From contig NC_134034.1 of NCBI RefSeq assembly GCF_964204645.1, positions 14,001,910 through 14,065,909 on the forward strand: a stretch of DNA of 64,000 bases, given 5' to 3'. The stretch's first letter is position 1; every line of letters starts with the position of its first letter. Below, piece after piece: positions 28,714 through 42,221 of the stretch. A program made the translations under genes and the position numbers. The notes under the pieces were generated by a model. It saw only the letters and a program-made list of their open reading frames with translations, made no database searches and was not told the origin of the DNA. The stretch comes from Tubulanus polymorphus. Taxonomy: Eukaryota > Animalia > Nemertea.

Positions 28714-29511
28714 TTACACACACGTTACGGTCACCTACCACAGCACAAGAGGAATATGGTAATAGCCGGTGGTGTAACTGCGTCTGTTATCGTAGCGCCA
28801 GTTGTCGCTAGTTTAGCCGTTGGTATCGGTGTACCGATATTATTGGCGTATGTTTACGGCGTGGTACCGATATCGCTGTGTCGCAGCGGTGGTTGCTGCG
28901 TATCGACGACTGACTCCGGGCGGAGTTCGATTTGAGTTCGAACAGAACGAAGGAAGTGGCCCATCGGGGCCTTACGCCCGTAAGTACTTAAACCATACTT
29001 TTCATATAGCGCAGGGTCCGGAATCAGCTGTCTTTCTAGGAATCTTAGGGGATTATTTGATGATGTCATAGGGGGATTTATTGGGGGTGGCGAACTTTTC
29101 TACGTTTTGTATAGACTAGCCATAAAAAGAGATAATTTGATGATATCATTGGGGGATTAACTGATAAAGCCATGTTGTTTGGTGTGGCTGCTATATAAAT
29201 CCCCCTATGACGTCATTTAAGTTAGTTCAGTACTAGTATGAGGGAATGTTTATATTTGTTGTAGCTGATTCTCACAGTATAGAAATGACCAGTCACCGGG
29301 TAGCGAACCCCAGTATCGGACCTAGTATCGGTGAGATGTCTATGGCTATGACCGGCAGTCTAAGCGCTAGCGGAAGCCACATCGACCGAGTCGGGATAAT
29401 CCGCGATGAGAGCGATCGCGAATCGGCCAGTAACAGAGCGATTGCTGGCTCCAGTTTGAACGGTAGTTTATCGGGAAGCGCCGTTGCCGGACCTAGCGGA
29501 TTCCAAAACAG
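28714..29511 (+). pseudogene. RNF19: RNF19 fragment, exons 28714-28979 and 29265-29511
   Basis: Same exons and same frameshift as copy 1. Confidence 0.9.
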
Positions 29512-31831
29512 GTAAGAGATTTTCCCGACTACAATCTCACGAATCACGAGGATCCCCTGAGAAAAATTGGAGGAGGGCGCAGCGAAGGTACGGGTGCAGA
29601 TTTAGGAAAATCTCAAAGAGAAGGAAGAGCAGTTCTCTGAGAAAGCAGGATTAAGGCTGACTTATGTCGACAAGCAACGCGATGCCTACCGACACAACTG
29701 GGTTTATCGCCGATTAACGGCCTACGAGAGGCCGCCAGTTGCTGCTCTATCTGTTCGACGTAAGCCGGCTAGCGACGGCAACCCGACGCCTACCGACTCG
29801 TTGCAAGCCGTATCCGGCTAGTTGCCTGTGTTCTACTCCGGCCTACGGTAGGCCAACAGTTGCTTACGATCGCAACTGACACAAACTGCTGTGATATGCA
29901 CGGCGTTGCACCACTTTTAGTCGACGAATAAAAAACCCACAGTAGATTTGTAGAAACAGTTTCGAAGTTAAAAAATGTGTTGTTTTAAAACCGAGTTAAC
30001 CAAAATCCAAGCAGGTTTTCAGCGCCGTTCTCAAATCATTGATGCTATCATGATTTGGAAGCTTGTCAAAGATTGCGGCTCAATTTACTGTGGAAATATC
30101 AAACATGTTTGAATGTTGCGATTCACCTGCAGCTGAGCAACGAACACGCTGCAAATTTCATTGTGAAATCTGTAATTTCAGACGGTGTGGGAATAAATTC
30201 ATATAGTGTTCCCTGCTCTAAGTCTGAACTAATAAAAAAAAATTGTAACTGAAAATTGTTGACACTAAAAGCATTTTGAATCTTGTTGAATCTGTTTTCA
30301 TTTTTTATCTGATGAAGAAATAATGATTTTCTTTGTTTTGTATTATTTCAGATGTAGGCCTAACGCTAGAGTTTTGTTTATTCTACTCAAAAGAAGGTGA
30401 TGTTCAGATCAGGTTCGTTTAGTTACTCTTATTTATATCGAATATTTGATATGATTTTTGTGAATTGCTCTAATGATGTTATAATGAACGTTGTTTGATT
30501 TATTTTCAGTCTAATGGAGGAGGACCTCAATAACTGAAACCTGCGACACGTCTTAACCTGAAATTGACTGCACGTCAAATGAATGAATTATTGATTCTAA
30601 ATGACTGTGATATTTCATGCTGAATCGAGGATTTTTAGGATGTTCCAATAGTTAATAGTTAATGAATAGTTACTGCAACATGATCGCCACCTATTTGATA
30701 TCTGCTGAACCACCAAATTATTGGATTAATACGTATCGTATTGGATTAAACTGTATATCACAGACGCCATCTATTGGAAATTTAAAAATTTATATCTTGA
30801 GTCAAAATAGATGTGAAATGCATTTTAGATAAACAAAAATTGTTCTCAAATTGAGTGTGAGCTGTTTGTTTTGATCTGAATGCAATGGAACACAATATCT
30901 GAGTGACTGTTAAAACCCTTCCAAGATTGGCACTGTCCCCTAGAGATGATTTTGATAAAACCAATGTCTCTAGTAAACTTTGCATCATTCAGAATCTACT
31001 CAACCAAAATAAATAAACTTGAAACCAAATTTAAGAATCTACAGGGCTTCATTTCTGAATGATTGTTGTTTAGTTTTGACTGGTGCGTTGTCATGGTGAT
31101 GGCAAGGTGATATTCTGGATCCGATGTCTGGAAAAATAGTAATTCCTGAAAACAGAGCCAAATTTCATACTGAAATGAATAACTTCACTTATTTTCATCG
31201 ATATAATAACAGAATGAATTTTTAGCAAAAAATTTCAGATATTTGTTAAAGAAATACAAAACTTGTCGATACTCTCAGCCGTGCCCCGCTGAAAAAAACT
31301 ATTAGGTTAAATACATGTTGTGAGTCACCAATTCAACTTATAAGATTATTTGATTTTTTCATTAATTGGGAATAATTTTAGAATGTTTTATTCGAACAAT
31401 AGCTCGGAAGTTCACTAGAATTGCTACGTATTGCTAATCCCGTGGAATTCATTACCCCCTAGTAATCCGGAGCGGTATATAAAGCCATCTGCGGCTAGAA
31501 CCGTGAACTCTTTAGTTGGTGCTCGGAGCGCAGGCCTGAGTCCGAGTCGACCTCGAGCTGCGCGGTCTGCAGAACTAGCATGGCGGACGAATAAATCGCT
31601 ATTTTCACTTGAAATATTTAGAAGCTTCTCTTTCAACTTAGATGCGTCAGAATGTCTTCAAACCATTTCAACATTGAAATACAGTAAGTAAATTTACTTA
31701 TGAATCGAATACTTGTGATGTATGAAGGTGATTCGAGATGGAGAGCGACATAAAACACTCCGGTTTAACCCCACGAGCAGCAGCAATCTCTATTCACTGA
31801 TGCGTGCTGTAAAACCATTATCATTCAGTAA

Positions 31832-32140
31832 TAATAATAATATTAATATGTGTCTTATATAGTGCTAAATCCAGCCAAGCTGCCCAGAGCGCTTTACATT
31901 TTTCGGTATTATTACCCCGGCCAATTTTAATACTCTAACATGTATCAGTCATCTCTCCCTGGGTAGAAGTAACACCGAGCTGCTAACAAGCGCTCAGGAG
32001 TCTTCTATCAGACCAGGTACCCATTTACTCCTTGGTGGAGAGAGGCAATGAGGATAAGTGTCTTGCCCGAGGACACAACGGGGATCGAACCCACGACCTG
32101 GCTTCCCAGAGCTGAACGCTCTAACCACTAGCCCTCACCG
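31832..32140 (-). mobile_element. tRNA-derived SINE with CORE-like centre and L2-type 3' tail
   Basis: Minus strand: A box CTAGTGGTTAGAGC, B box GGGTTCGATCCC, GTGTCCTCGGGCAAGACACTT, GTAAATGGGTACC, TGTAAAGCGCT tail, (ATT)n end; TSD CAGTAA; empty site at ~19608 and ~26367. Confidence 0.85.
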
Positions 32141-34386
32141 CAGTAAAAAGTATCAATAACATAAAGAGTGGATCGAGGCCTAAACTATTACTATCAATAC
32201 AGATGGAGCATTTGACCCTCTGATACCCTGGATTTTAGAGTGCTTTCTCTGACAGATTTCTATGTTTATTTCAGGGTGATGCTCAACTGAATAACTGCAG
32301 TCATCAGGAAGTTCAAGGAATAACTATTTGGCGATGAAGTGAACAAGTGATCCCTCAATTCAGGTAGATATATCTTAGGCCCTAATCACAGACCTCTACA
32401 AACCAGTTTCAGTGGTGTTTTAAAACCGAGTTAACCAAAATCCAAGCAGGTTTTCAGCGCCGTTCTCAAATCATTGATGCCATCATGATTTGAAAGCTTG
32501 TCAAAGATTGCGGCTCAATTTACTGTGTTTGGGACTTAGCAAAAATATTTGCTGCGACAAAATTAACTGTGGAATTATCAAACATGTTTGAATGGTGCGA
32601 TTCACCTGCTGCTGAGCAACGAACACGCTGCAAATTTCATTGTGAAATCTGTAATTTCAGACGGTGTGGGAATAAATTCATATAGTGTTCCCTGCTCTAA
32701 GTCTGAACCAATTTACCGTTAAGTCTTGTATGAAAAAAAAATTGTACCACTGAAAATTCTTGGCACTAAAAGCATTTTGAATCTTGTTGAATCTGTTTTC
32801 ATTTTTTATCTGATGAAGAAATAATGATTTTCAGTGTTTTGTATTATTTCAGATGTAGGCGTAACGCTAGAGTTTTGTTTATTCTACTCAAAAGAAGATG
32901 ATGTTTAGATCAGGTTTGTTTAGTTACTCTTATTTATATCGGATATTTGATATGATTTTTGTGAATTGCTCTAATGATGTTATAATGAATGTTGTTTGAT
33001 TTATTTTCAGTCTAATGGAGGAGGATCTCAATAACTGAAACCTGCGACATGTCTACACCTGAAATTGACTGCACGTCAAATGAATGAATTGTTGAATCTA
33101 ATTGACTGTGATATTTAATGCTGATTAGAGGATTTGGAGGGATATCCCAAGCTCGAACCCAGTGATTCTGATCAGATGATAAACCAGGGTGTCTGATATA
33201 TACTGATGAATAGTTACTACGACATGATCGCCACCTATTGGATATCTGCTGAACCACCAAATTATTGGATTAATACGAATACGTATTCGTATTGGATTAA
33301 ACTGTATATCACAGACGCCATCTATTGGAAATTTAGAAATTTATATCTTGAGTCAAAATAAACGTGAAATGCATTTTAGATAAACACAAATATTTCTCAA
33401 ATTGAGTGTGAACTGTTTGGTTTGATCTGAATGCAGTGGAACACAATATCTGAGTGACTGTTAAAACCCTTCCAGGATTGGCACTGTCCCCCAGAGATGA
33501 TTTTGATAAAACCAGTGTCTCTGGTAAACTTGCATCATTCAGAATCTACTCAACCAAAATAAAGAAACTTGAAACCAAATTTAAGAATCTACAGGGCTTC
33601 ATTTCTGAATGATTGTTGTTTAGTTTTGACTGGTGCGTTGTCATGGTGATGGCAAGGTGATATTCTGGATCCGATGTCTGGAAAAATAGTAATTCCTGAA
33701 AACAGAGCCAAATTTCATACTGAAATGAATAACTACACTTATTTTCATCGATATAATAACAGAATGAATTTTTAGCAAAAAATTTCACAGATATTTGTTA
33801 AAGAAATAGAAAACTTGTCGATACTCTCAGCCGTGCCCCGCTGAAAAAAACTATTAGGTTAAATACGTGTTGTGAGTCACCAATTCAACTTATAAGATTA
33901 TTTGATTTTTTCATTAATTGGGAATAATTTTAGAATGTTTTATTCGAACAATAGCCCGGAAGTTCACTAGAATTGTTACGTATTGCTAATTCCGTGGAAT
34001 TCATTACCCCCGCTAGTAATCCGGAGCGGTATATAAAGCCATCCGCGGCTAGAACCGTGAACTCTTTAGTTGGTGCTCGGAGCGCAAAGCCTGAGTCCGA
34101 GTCGACCTCGAGCTGCGCGGTCTGCAGAACCAGCATGGCGGACGAATAAATCGCTATTTACACTTGAAATATTTAGAAGCTTCTCTTTCAACGCAGAAGC
34201 GACAGAATGTCTTCAAACCATTTCAACATTGAAATACAGTAAGTAAATTTACTTATGAATCGAATACTTGTGATGTATGAAGGTGATTCGAGATGGAGAG
34301 CGACATAAAACACTCCGGTTTAACCCCACGAGCAGCAGCAATCTCTATTCACTGATGCGTGCTGTAAAACCATCATCATTCAGTAA

Positions 34387-34695
34387 TAATAATAATATTA
34401 ATATGTGTCTTATATAGTGCTAAATCCAGCCAGGCTGCTCAGAGCGCTTTACATTTTTCGGTATTATTACCCCGGCCAATTTTAATACTCTAACATGTAT
34501 CAGTCATCTCTCCCTTTTGAGAAGTAACACCGAGCTGCTAACAAGCGCTCAGGAGTCTTCTATCAGGCCAGGTACCCATTTACTCCTTGGTGGAGAGAGG
34601 CAATGAGGATAAGTGTCTTGCCCGAGGACACAACGGGGATCGAACCCACGACCTGGCTTCCCAGAGCTGAACGCTCTAACCACTAGCCCTCACCG
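34387..34695 (-). mobile_element. Same SINE at the orthologous position of the next unit
   Basis: Near-identical to 31832-32140 with the same CAGTAA TSD. Confidence 0.85.
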
Positions 34696-35866
34696 CAGTA
34701 AAAAGTATCAATGACATAAAGAGTGGATCGAGGCCTAAACTATTACTATCAATACAGATGGAGCATTTGACCCTCTGATACCCTGGATTTTAGAGTGCTT
34801 TCTCTGACAGGTTTCTATGTTTATTTCAGGGTGATGCTCAACTGAATAACTGCAGTCATCAGGAAGTTCAAGGAATAACTATTTGGCGATGAAGTGAACA
34901 AGTGATCCCTCAATTCAGGTAGATATATCTTAGGCCCTAATCACAGACCTCTACAAACCAGTTTCAGTGGTGTTTTAAAACCGAGTTTACCAAAATCCAA
35001 GCAGGTTTTCTGCGCCGTTCTCAAATCATTGATGCCATCATGATTTGAAAGCTTGTCAAAGATTGCGGCTCAATTTACTGTGTTTGGGACTTAGCAAAAA
35101 TATTTGCTGCGACAAAATTAACTGTGGAAATATCAAACATGTTTGAATGTTGCGATTCACCTGCTGCTGAGCAACGAACACGCTGCAAATTTCATTGTGA
35201 AATCTGTAATTTCAGACGGTGTGGGAATAAATTCATATAGGCTAGTGTTCCCTGCTCTAAGTCTGAACCAATTTACCGTTATGTCTTGTATGAGAAAAAA
35301 AATTCTAAGCCTGAAAATTGTTGGCACTAAATGCATTTTGAATCTGTTTTCATTTTTTATCTGATGAAGAAATAATGATTTTCAGTGTTTTGTATTATTT
35401 CAGATGTAGGCGTAACGCTAGAGTTTTGTTTATTCTACTCAAAAGAAGGTGATGTTTAGATCAGGTTTGTTTAGTTACTCTTATTCATGTCGAATATTTG
35501 ATATGATTTTTGTGAATTGCTCTAATGATGTTATAATGAACGTTGTTTGATTTATTTTCAGTCTAATGGAGGAGGATCTCAATAACTGAAACCTGCGACA
35601 CGTCTACACCTGAAATTGACCTAGTTCTAAACACTGCGCATAAACCAGATCAAGTGGTTACTGTCATTTAACCGTAATGACAAGGACATATGATAAGGCT
35701 TATCGGGTGAAATACAGGATATCGACAAATTCAAGTTCTGAAATTACTCGCTTGATGGCGCTAGTCAGAAACAGAAATTGGAACCTAAATCCACCACGCG
35801 CTAGATTTTTATCGCAAATTTTACTATGAAAAATGCTATTTCTCATGTGTTTATCTTGTGTTTCAG

Positions 35867-36635
35867 TGACACACGTTACGGTCACCTACCACAGCACAAG
35901 AGGAATATGGTAATAGCCGGTGGTGTAACTGCGTCTGTTATCGTAGCGCCAGTTGTCGCTAGTTTAGCCGTATGTTTACGGCGTGGTACCGATATCGCTG
36001 TGTGGCAGCGGTGGTTGCGGCGTATCGACGACTGACTCCGGGCGGAGTTCGATTTGAGTTCGAAGAGAACGAAGGAAGTGGCCCATCGGGGCCTTACGCC
36101 CGTAAGTACTTAAACCATACTTTTCATATAGCGCAGGGTCCGGAATCAGCTGTCTTTCTAGGATTCTGAAGGGATAATTTGATGATGTCATAGGGGGATT
36201 TATTGGAGGTGGCCAACTTTTCTACGTTTTATATAGACTAGCCATAAAGAGAAAGATAATTTGATGATGTCATAGGGGGATTAACTGATAAAGCCATGTT
36301 GTCTGGTGTGGCTGCTATATAAATCCCCCTATGACGTCATTTAAGTTAGTTCAGTACTAGTATGAGTGAATGTTTATATTTGTTGTAGCTGATTCTCACA
36401 GTATAGAAACGACCAGTCACCGGGTAGCGAACCCCAGTATCGGACCTAGTATCGGTGAGATGTCTATGGCTATGACTGGCAGTCTTAGCGCTAGCGGAAA
36501 CCACATCGACCGAGTCGGGATAATCCGCGATGAGAGCGATCGCTAATCGGCCAGTAACAGAGCGATTGCTTGCTCCAGTTTGAATGGTAGTTTATCGGGA
36601 AGCGCCGTTGCCGGACCGAGCGGATTCCAAAACAG
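35867..36635 (+). pseudogene. RNF19: RNF19 fragment, exons 35867-36101 and 36389-36635
   Basis: Same exons; extra ~29-nt deletion and GAA>TAA at ~36544. Confidence 0.9.
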
Positions 36636-39600
36636 GTAAGAGATTTTCCCGACTACAATCTCACGAATCACGAGGATCCCCTGGAAAATTGGAGGAGGGC
36701 GCAGCGAAGGTACGGGTGCAGATATAGGAAAATCTCATAGAGAAGGAAGAGCAGTTCTCTGAGAAAGCAGGATTAAGGCTGACTTATGTCGACAAGCAAC
36801 GCGATGCCTACCGACACAACTGGGTTTATCGCCGATTAACGGCCTACGAGAGGCCGCCAGTTGCTGCTCTATCTGTTCGACATAAGCCGGCTTGCGACGG
36901 CAACCCGACCCCTACCGACTCGTCGCTAGCCGTATCCGGCTAGTTGCCCGTGTTCTACTCCGGCCTACGGTAGGCCAACAGTTGCTTTCGATCGCAACTG
37001 ACACAAACTGCTGTGATATGCACGGCGTTGCACCACTTTTAGTCGACGAATAAAAAACCCACAGTAGATTTGTAGAAACAGTTTCGAAGTTAAAAACTGT
37101 GTTGTTTTAAAACCGAGTTAACCAAAATCCAAGCAGGTTTTCAGCGCCGTTCTCAAATCATTGATGCCGTCATGATTTGAAAGCTTGTCAAAGATTGCGG
37201 CTCAATTTACTGTGTTTGAAACTAAACAAAAATTTCGCTGCAATGAAATTAACTGTGGAAATATCAAACATGTTTGAATGTTGTGATTCACCTGCTGCTG
37301 AGCAACGAACACGCTGCAAATTTCATTGTGAAATCTGTAATTTCAGACGGTGTGGGAATAAATTCATATAGTGTTCCCTGCTCTAAGTCTGAACCAATTT
37401 ACCGTTAAGTCTTGTATGACAAAAAAATTGTACCACTGAAAATTCTTGGCACTAAAAGCATTTTGAATCTTGTTGAATCTGTTTTCATTTTTTATCTGAT
37501 GAAGAAATAATGATATTCAGTGTTTTGTATTATTTCAGATGTAGGCGTAACGCTAGAGTTTTGTTTATTCTACTCAAAAGAAGGTTATGTTTAGATCAGG
37601 TTCGTTTAGTTACTCTTATTTATATCGAATATTTGATATGATTTTTGTGAATTGCTCTAATGATGTTATAATGAATGTTGTTTGATTTATATTCAGTCTA
37701 ATGGAGGAGAATCTCAATAACTGAAACCTGCGACACGTCTACACCTGAAATTGACTGTGCGTCAAATGAATGAATTATTGATTCTAAATGACTGTGATGT
37801 TTCATGCTGTTTAGAGGATTTGTAGGATGTCCCAAGTTCAAACCCAGTGATTCTGATCAAATGATAGACCAGGGTGTCTGATATATACTGATGAATAGTT
37901 ACTACGACATGATCGCCACCTATTGGATTTCTGCTGAACCACCAAATTATTGGATTAATACGAATACGTATTGGATTAAACTGTATATCACAGACGCCAT
38001 CTATTGGAAATTTAGAAATTTATAACTTGAGTCAAAATAAACGTGAAATGCATTTCAGATTAACACAAAATAGTTCTCAAGTTGAGTCTGAACTGTTGGT
38101 TTGATCTGAATGCAGTGGAACACAATATCTGAGTGACTGTTAAAACCCTTCCAGGATTGGCACTGTCCCCCAGAGTTGATTTTGATAAAACCAGTGTCTC
38201 TAGTTAACTTTGCATCATTCAGAATCTACTCAATTAAAATAAAGAAACTTGAAACCAAATTTAAGAATCTACAGGGCTTCATTTCTGAATGATTGTTGTT
38301 TGTTTTGACTGGTGCGTTGTCATGGTGATGGCAAGGTGATATTCTGGATCCGATTTTTGGAAAAATAGTAATTCCTTAAAACAGAGCCAAATTTTATACT
38401 GAAATGAATAACTACACTTATTTTCATCGATATGAAAACAGAATGAATTTATTTGAGCAAAAAATTTCATAGATATCTGTTAAAGAAATACAAAACTTGT
38501 CGATACTCTCAGCCGTGCCCCGCTGAAAAAACTATTCGGTTAAATACCTATTGTGAGTCACCAATTCAACTTAAAAGATTATTTGATTGTTTTATTATTT
38601 TAGAATGTTTTTCCTGCGAACAATAGCTCGGAAGTTCAGTAGAATTGCTACGTATTGCTAATTCCGTGGAATTCATTACCCCCTAGTAATCCGGAGCGGT
38701 ATCTAAAGCCATCCGCGGCTAGAACCGTGAACTCTTTAGTTGGTGCTCGGAGCGCAAAGCCTGAGTCCGAGTCGACCTCGAGCTGCGCGGTCTGCAGAAC
38801 TAGCATGGCGGACGAATAAATCGCTATTTTCACTTGAAATATTTAGAAGCTTCTCTCTCAACCTAGATGCGTCAGATTGTATCCAAACCATTTCGACATT
38901 GAAATACAGTAAGTAAATTTACTTATGAATCGAATACTTTTGATGTATGAAGGTGATTCGAGATGGAGAGCGACATAAAACACTCCGGTTTAACCCCACG
39001 AGCAGCAGCAATCTCTATTCGCTGATGCGTGCTGTAAAACCATCATCATTCAGTAAAAAGTATCAATAACATGAAGAGTGAATCTAGGCCTAAACTTTTA
39101 CTATCAATACAGATGTAGCATTTGACCCCGCGGATACCCTGGATTTTAGAGTGCTTTCTCTGACAGGTTTCTATATTTATTTCAGGGTGATGCTCTACTG
39201 AATAACTGCAGTCATCAGGAAGTTCAAGGAATAACTGTTTGGCGATGAAGTGAACAAGTGATCCCTCAATTCAGGTAGATATATCTTAGGCCCTAATCAC
39301 AGACCTCTAGAAACCAGTTTCAGTGGTGTTTTAAAACCAAGTTAACCAAAATCCAAGCAGGTTTTCAGCGCCGTTCTCAAATCATTGATGCTATCATGAT
39401 TTGAAAGCTTGTCAAAGATTGTGGCTCAATTTACTGTGTTTGGGACTAAACAAAAATTTCGCTGCAATGAAATTTACTGTGGAAATATCAAACATGTTTG
39501 AATGGTGCGATTCACCTGCTGCTGAGCAACGAACACGCTGCAAATTTCATTGTGAAATCTGTAATTTCAGACGGTGTGGGAATAAATTCATATAGTGTTC

Positions 39601-40234
39601 CCTGCTCTAAGTCTGAACCAATTTACCGTTAAGTCTTGTATGAAAAAAATGATTTTCAGTGTTTTGTATTATTTCAGATGTAGGCGTAACGCTAGAGTTT
39701 TGTTTATTCTACTCAAAAGAAGGTGATGTTTAGATCAGGTTCGTTTAGTTACTCTTATTTATATCGAATATTTGATATGATTTTTGTGAATTGCTCTAAT
39801 GATGTTATAATGGTGGTCTTAAATCTTGGGACTGGGTGCAGTTTCACGAAAAAGTTTAAGGCTTAAACGGTTAAGTTTGAATTGTTGTGTTCATTGAAGA
39901 AATGAAGTAACCAATGGCAATTACACCAAGAATTTGAGTTTAACTTTTTTGTGAAACAGGGCCCTGGTCTTAAGTTGTTAGATTGGTTATATTATTAACT
40001 AAGTTGGTCTTAGAGTAGTCTTAAGTCTAAGCCATGACTATGCAACTGGCCCCTGCACACATGGCGATTCTCTAGTTGTCAGAGCTCTGAATCAAATGGT
40101 TGCAAGTGATAGAATGAATCCATTGATATTTATGGTCCTTCCTTGTAAACCCGAGCTCGGCCTTTAATCGATGATAAAGGTTTATAAGTCCTTAGAAATT
40201 GAGTAATAATTTAGTCGATTATGTTGATTTTTAG

Positions 40235-42221
40235 TCCGTCTGGCTGCACTTTCTGGGGTAAAAAGCCATGGAGCCGAAAGAACAAGATATTGTGGCAACT
40301 CGGCACGTTAGTTGGCGCTCCGGTCGGTATCGGACTCGTTGCTGGAATCGCAGTTCCCGCGATGATCATAGAGATTCCCGTCTGGGTCGGACGCGAGGTA
40401 AATTATCGACTAATATTAGGAATCCATCTGCCGTCTGTCTCTGAGAATCTCAATTTAGTGATCATTATTATATTTCCACACGAATCACAAGGGCCTCGTG
40501 CCCAAAAGGTCATTTTTGATCCGAATTCCGAGAACATATACGCATGGACACATAACTGAAAGTCTTTTATACGTGAGGCCTATCACACAGGGTGACCACG
40601 TGAGACATAAAATGATAGCTTAATATGTGTGATAGCTTTCTGACTACAGTTTTTCAATTTGATGAAATTGTTGAACTGAAGGAATTTAACCCAAACAGAT
40701 GAACTGGGATTTAAAGTGTTCATTCATTGAATGCCTCATTACAGATATTATTATGTCCTTTGAAAAGTCCTTTCATGTTGAAATTAAACCCACACAACTG
40801 TTAAACTCAATACAAAGTCAAATTGACTATAATTGACTATAGGGACTGTTAACGAACTGATGTCACTGTATGTAAACACCTCCCACCTAGGAACAGTTAT
40901 AACCCTTACTGGAACTGGATCCAGTCTCAATTAAACCCATACAACTGTGGAACTGGATGAAATTAAACCCCCACAACTGTGGAACTGGGTCCAGTGTCAA
41001 ATTAAAACCACACAAAAAACTGGGATTGTCAATCCCAATCCCAGTTTTTCAATAATTGAATATAGCCAAAAACTGGGATTGAATATAGACTGTATTCGAA
41101 TTGAATTCACAGAGTGACGTTGAATAACCAACACTTAGAAGTAATAAATCCTTATTGATTTTATTTGTCAAAATCCTAGTTCTAAACACTGCGCATAAAC
41201 TGTATCAAGTGGTTACTGTCATTTAACCGTAATGACAAGGACATAGGATAAGGCTTATCGGGTGAAATACAGGATATCGACAAATTCAAGTTCTGAAATT
41301 ACTCGCTTGATGGCGCTAGTCAGAACCGGAAATTGGAACCTAAATCCACCACGCGCGAGATTTTTATTGCAAATCTAACCATGAAAAATGCTATTTCTCA
41401 TGTGTTTATCTTGTGTTTCAGTTACATACACGTTACGGTCACCTACCACAGCACAAGAGGAATATGGTAATAGCCGGTGGTGTAACTGCGTCTGTTATCG
41501 TAGCGCCAGTTGTCGCTAGTTTAGCCGTTGGTATCGGTGTACCGATATTATTGGCGTATGTTTACGGCGTGGTACCGATATCGCTGTGTGGCAGCGGTGG
41601 TTGCGGCGTATCGACGACTGACTCCGGGCGGAGTTTGATTTGAGTTCGAAAAGAACGAAGGAAGTAGCCCATCGGGGCCTTACGCCCGTAAGTACTTAAA
41701 CCATACTTTTCATATAGTGCAGGGTCCGGAATCAGCGGTCTTTCTAGGATTCTGAAGGGATTATTTGATGATGTCATAGGCGGATTTATTGGAGGTGGCC
41801 AACTTTTCTACGTTTTATATAGACTTGCCAGAAAGAGAAAGATAATTTGATGATGTCATAGGGGGTTTAACTGATAAAGCCATGTTGTCTGGTGTGGCTG
41901 CTATATAAATCCCCCTATGACATCATTTAAGTTAGTTCAGTACTAGTATGAGTGAATGTTTATATTTGTTGTAGCTGATTCTCACAGTATAGAAACGACC
42001 AGTCACCGGGTAGCGAACCCCAGTATCGGACCTAGTATCGGTGAGATGTCTATGGCTATGACTGGCAGTCTTAGCGCTAGCGGAAGCCACATCGACCGAG
42101 TCGGGATTATCCGCGATGAGAGCGATCGCGAATCGGCCAGTAACAGAGCGATTGCTGGCTCCAGTTTGAACGGTAGTTTATCGGGAAGCGCCGTTGCCGG
42201 ACCGAGCGGATTCCAAAACAG
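40235..42221 (+). pseudogene. RNF19: Longest RNF19 fragment, exons 40235-40397, 41422-41687, 41975-42221
   Basis: [46 protein letters not shown] matches the RNF19 post-RING2/TM region; RING-IBR-RING exons absent; shared frameshift. Confidence 0.92.

Noticed and set aside
31424-31691. Kinesin-like (TISTLKY) or LINE-like (GRLGL) coding remnant in the subtelomeric unit
   Set aside because: Only 5-7 residue resemblance, and frames are not conserved between unit copies
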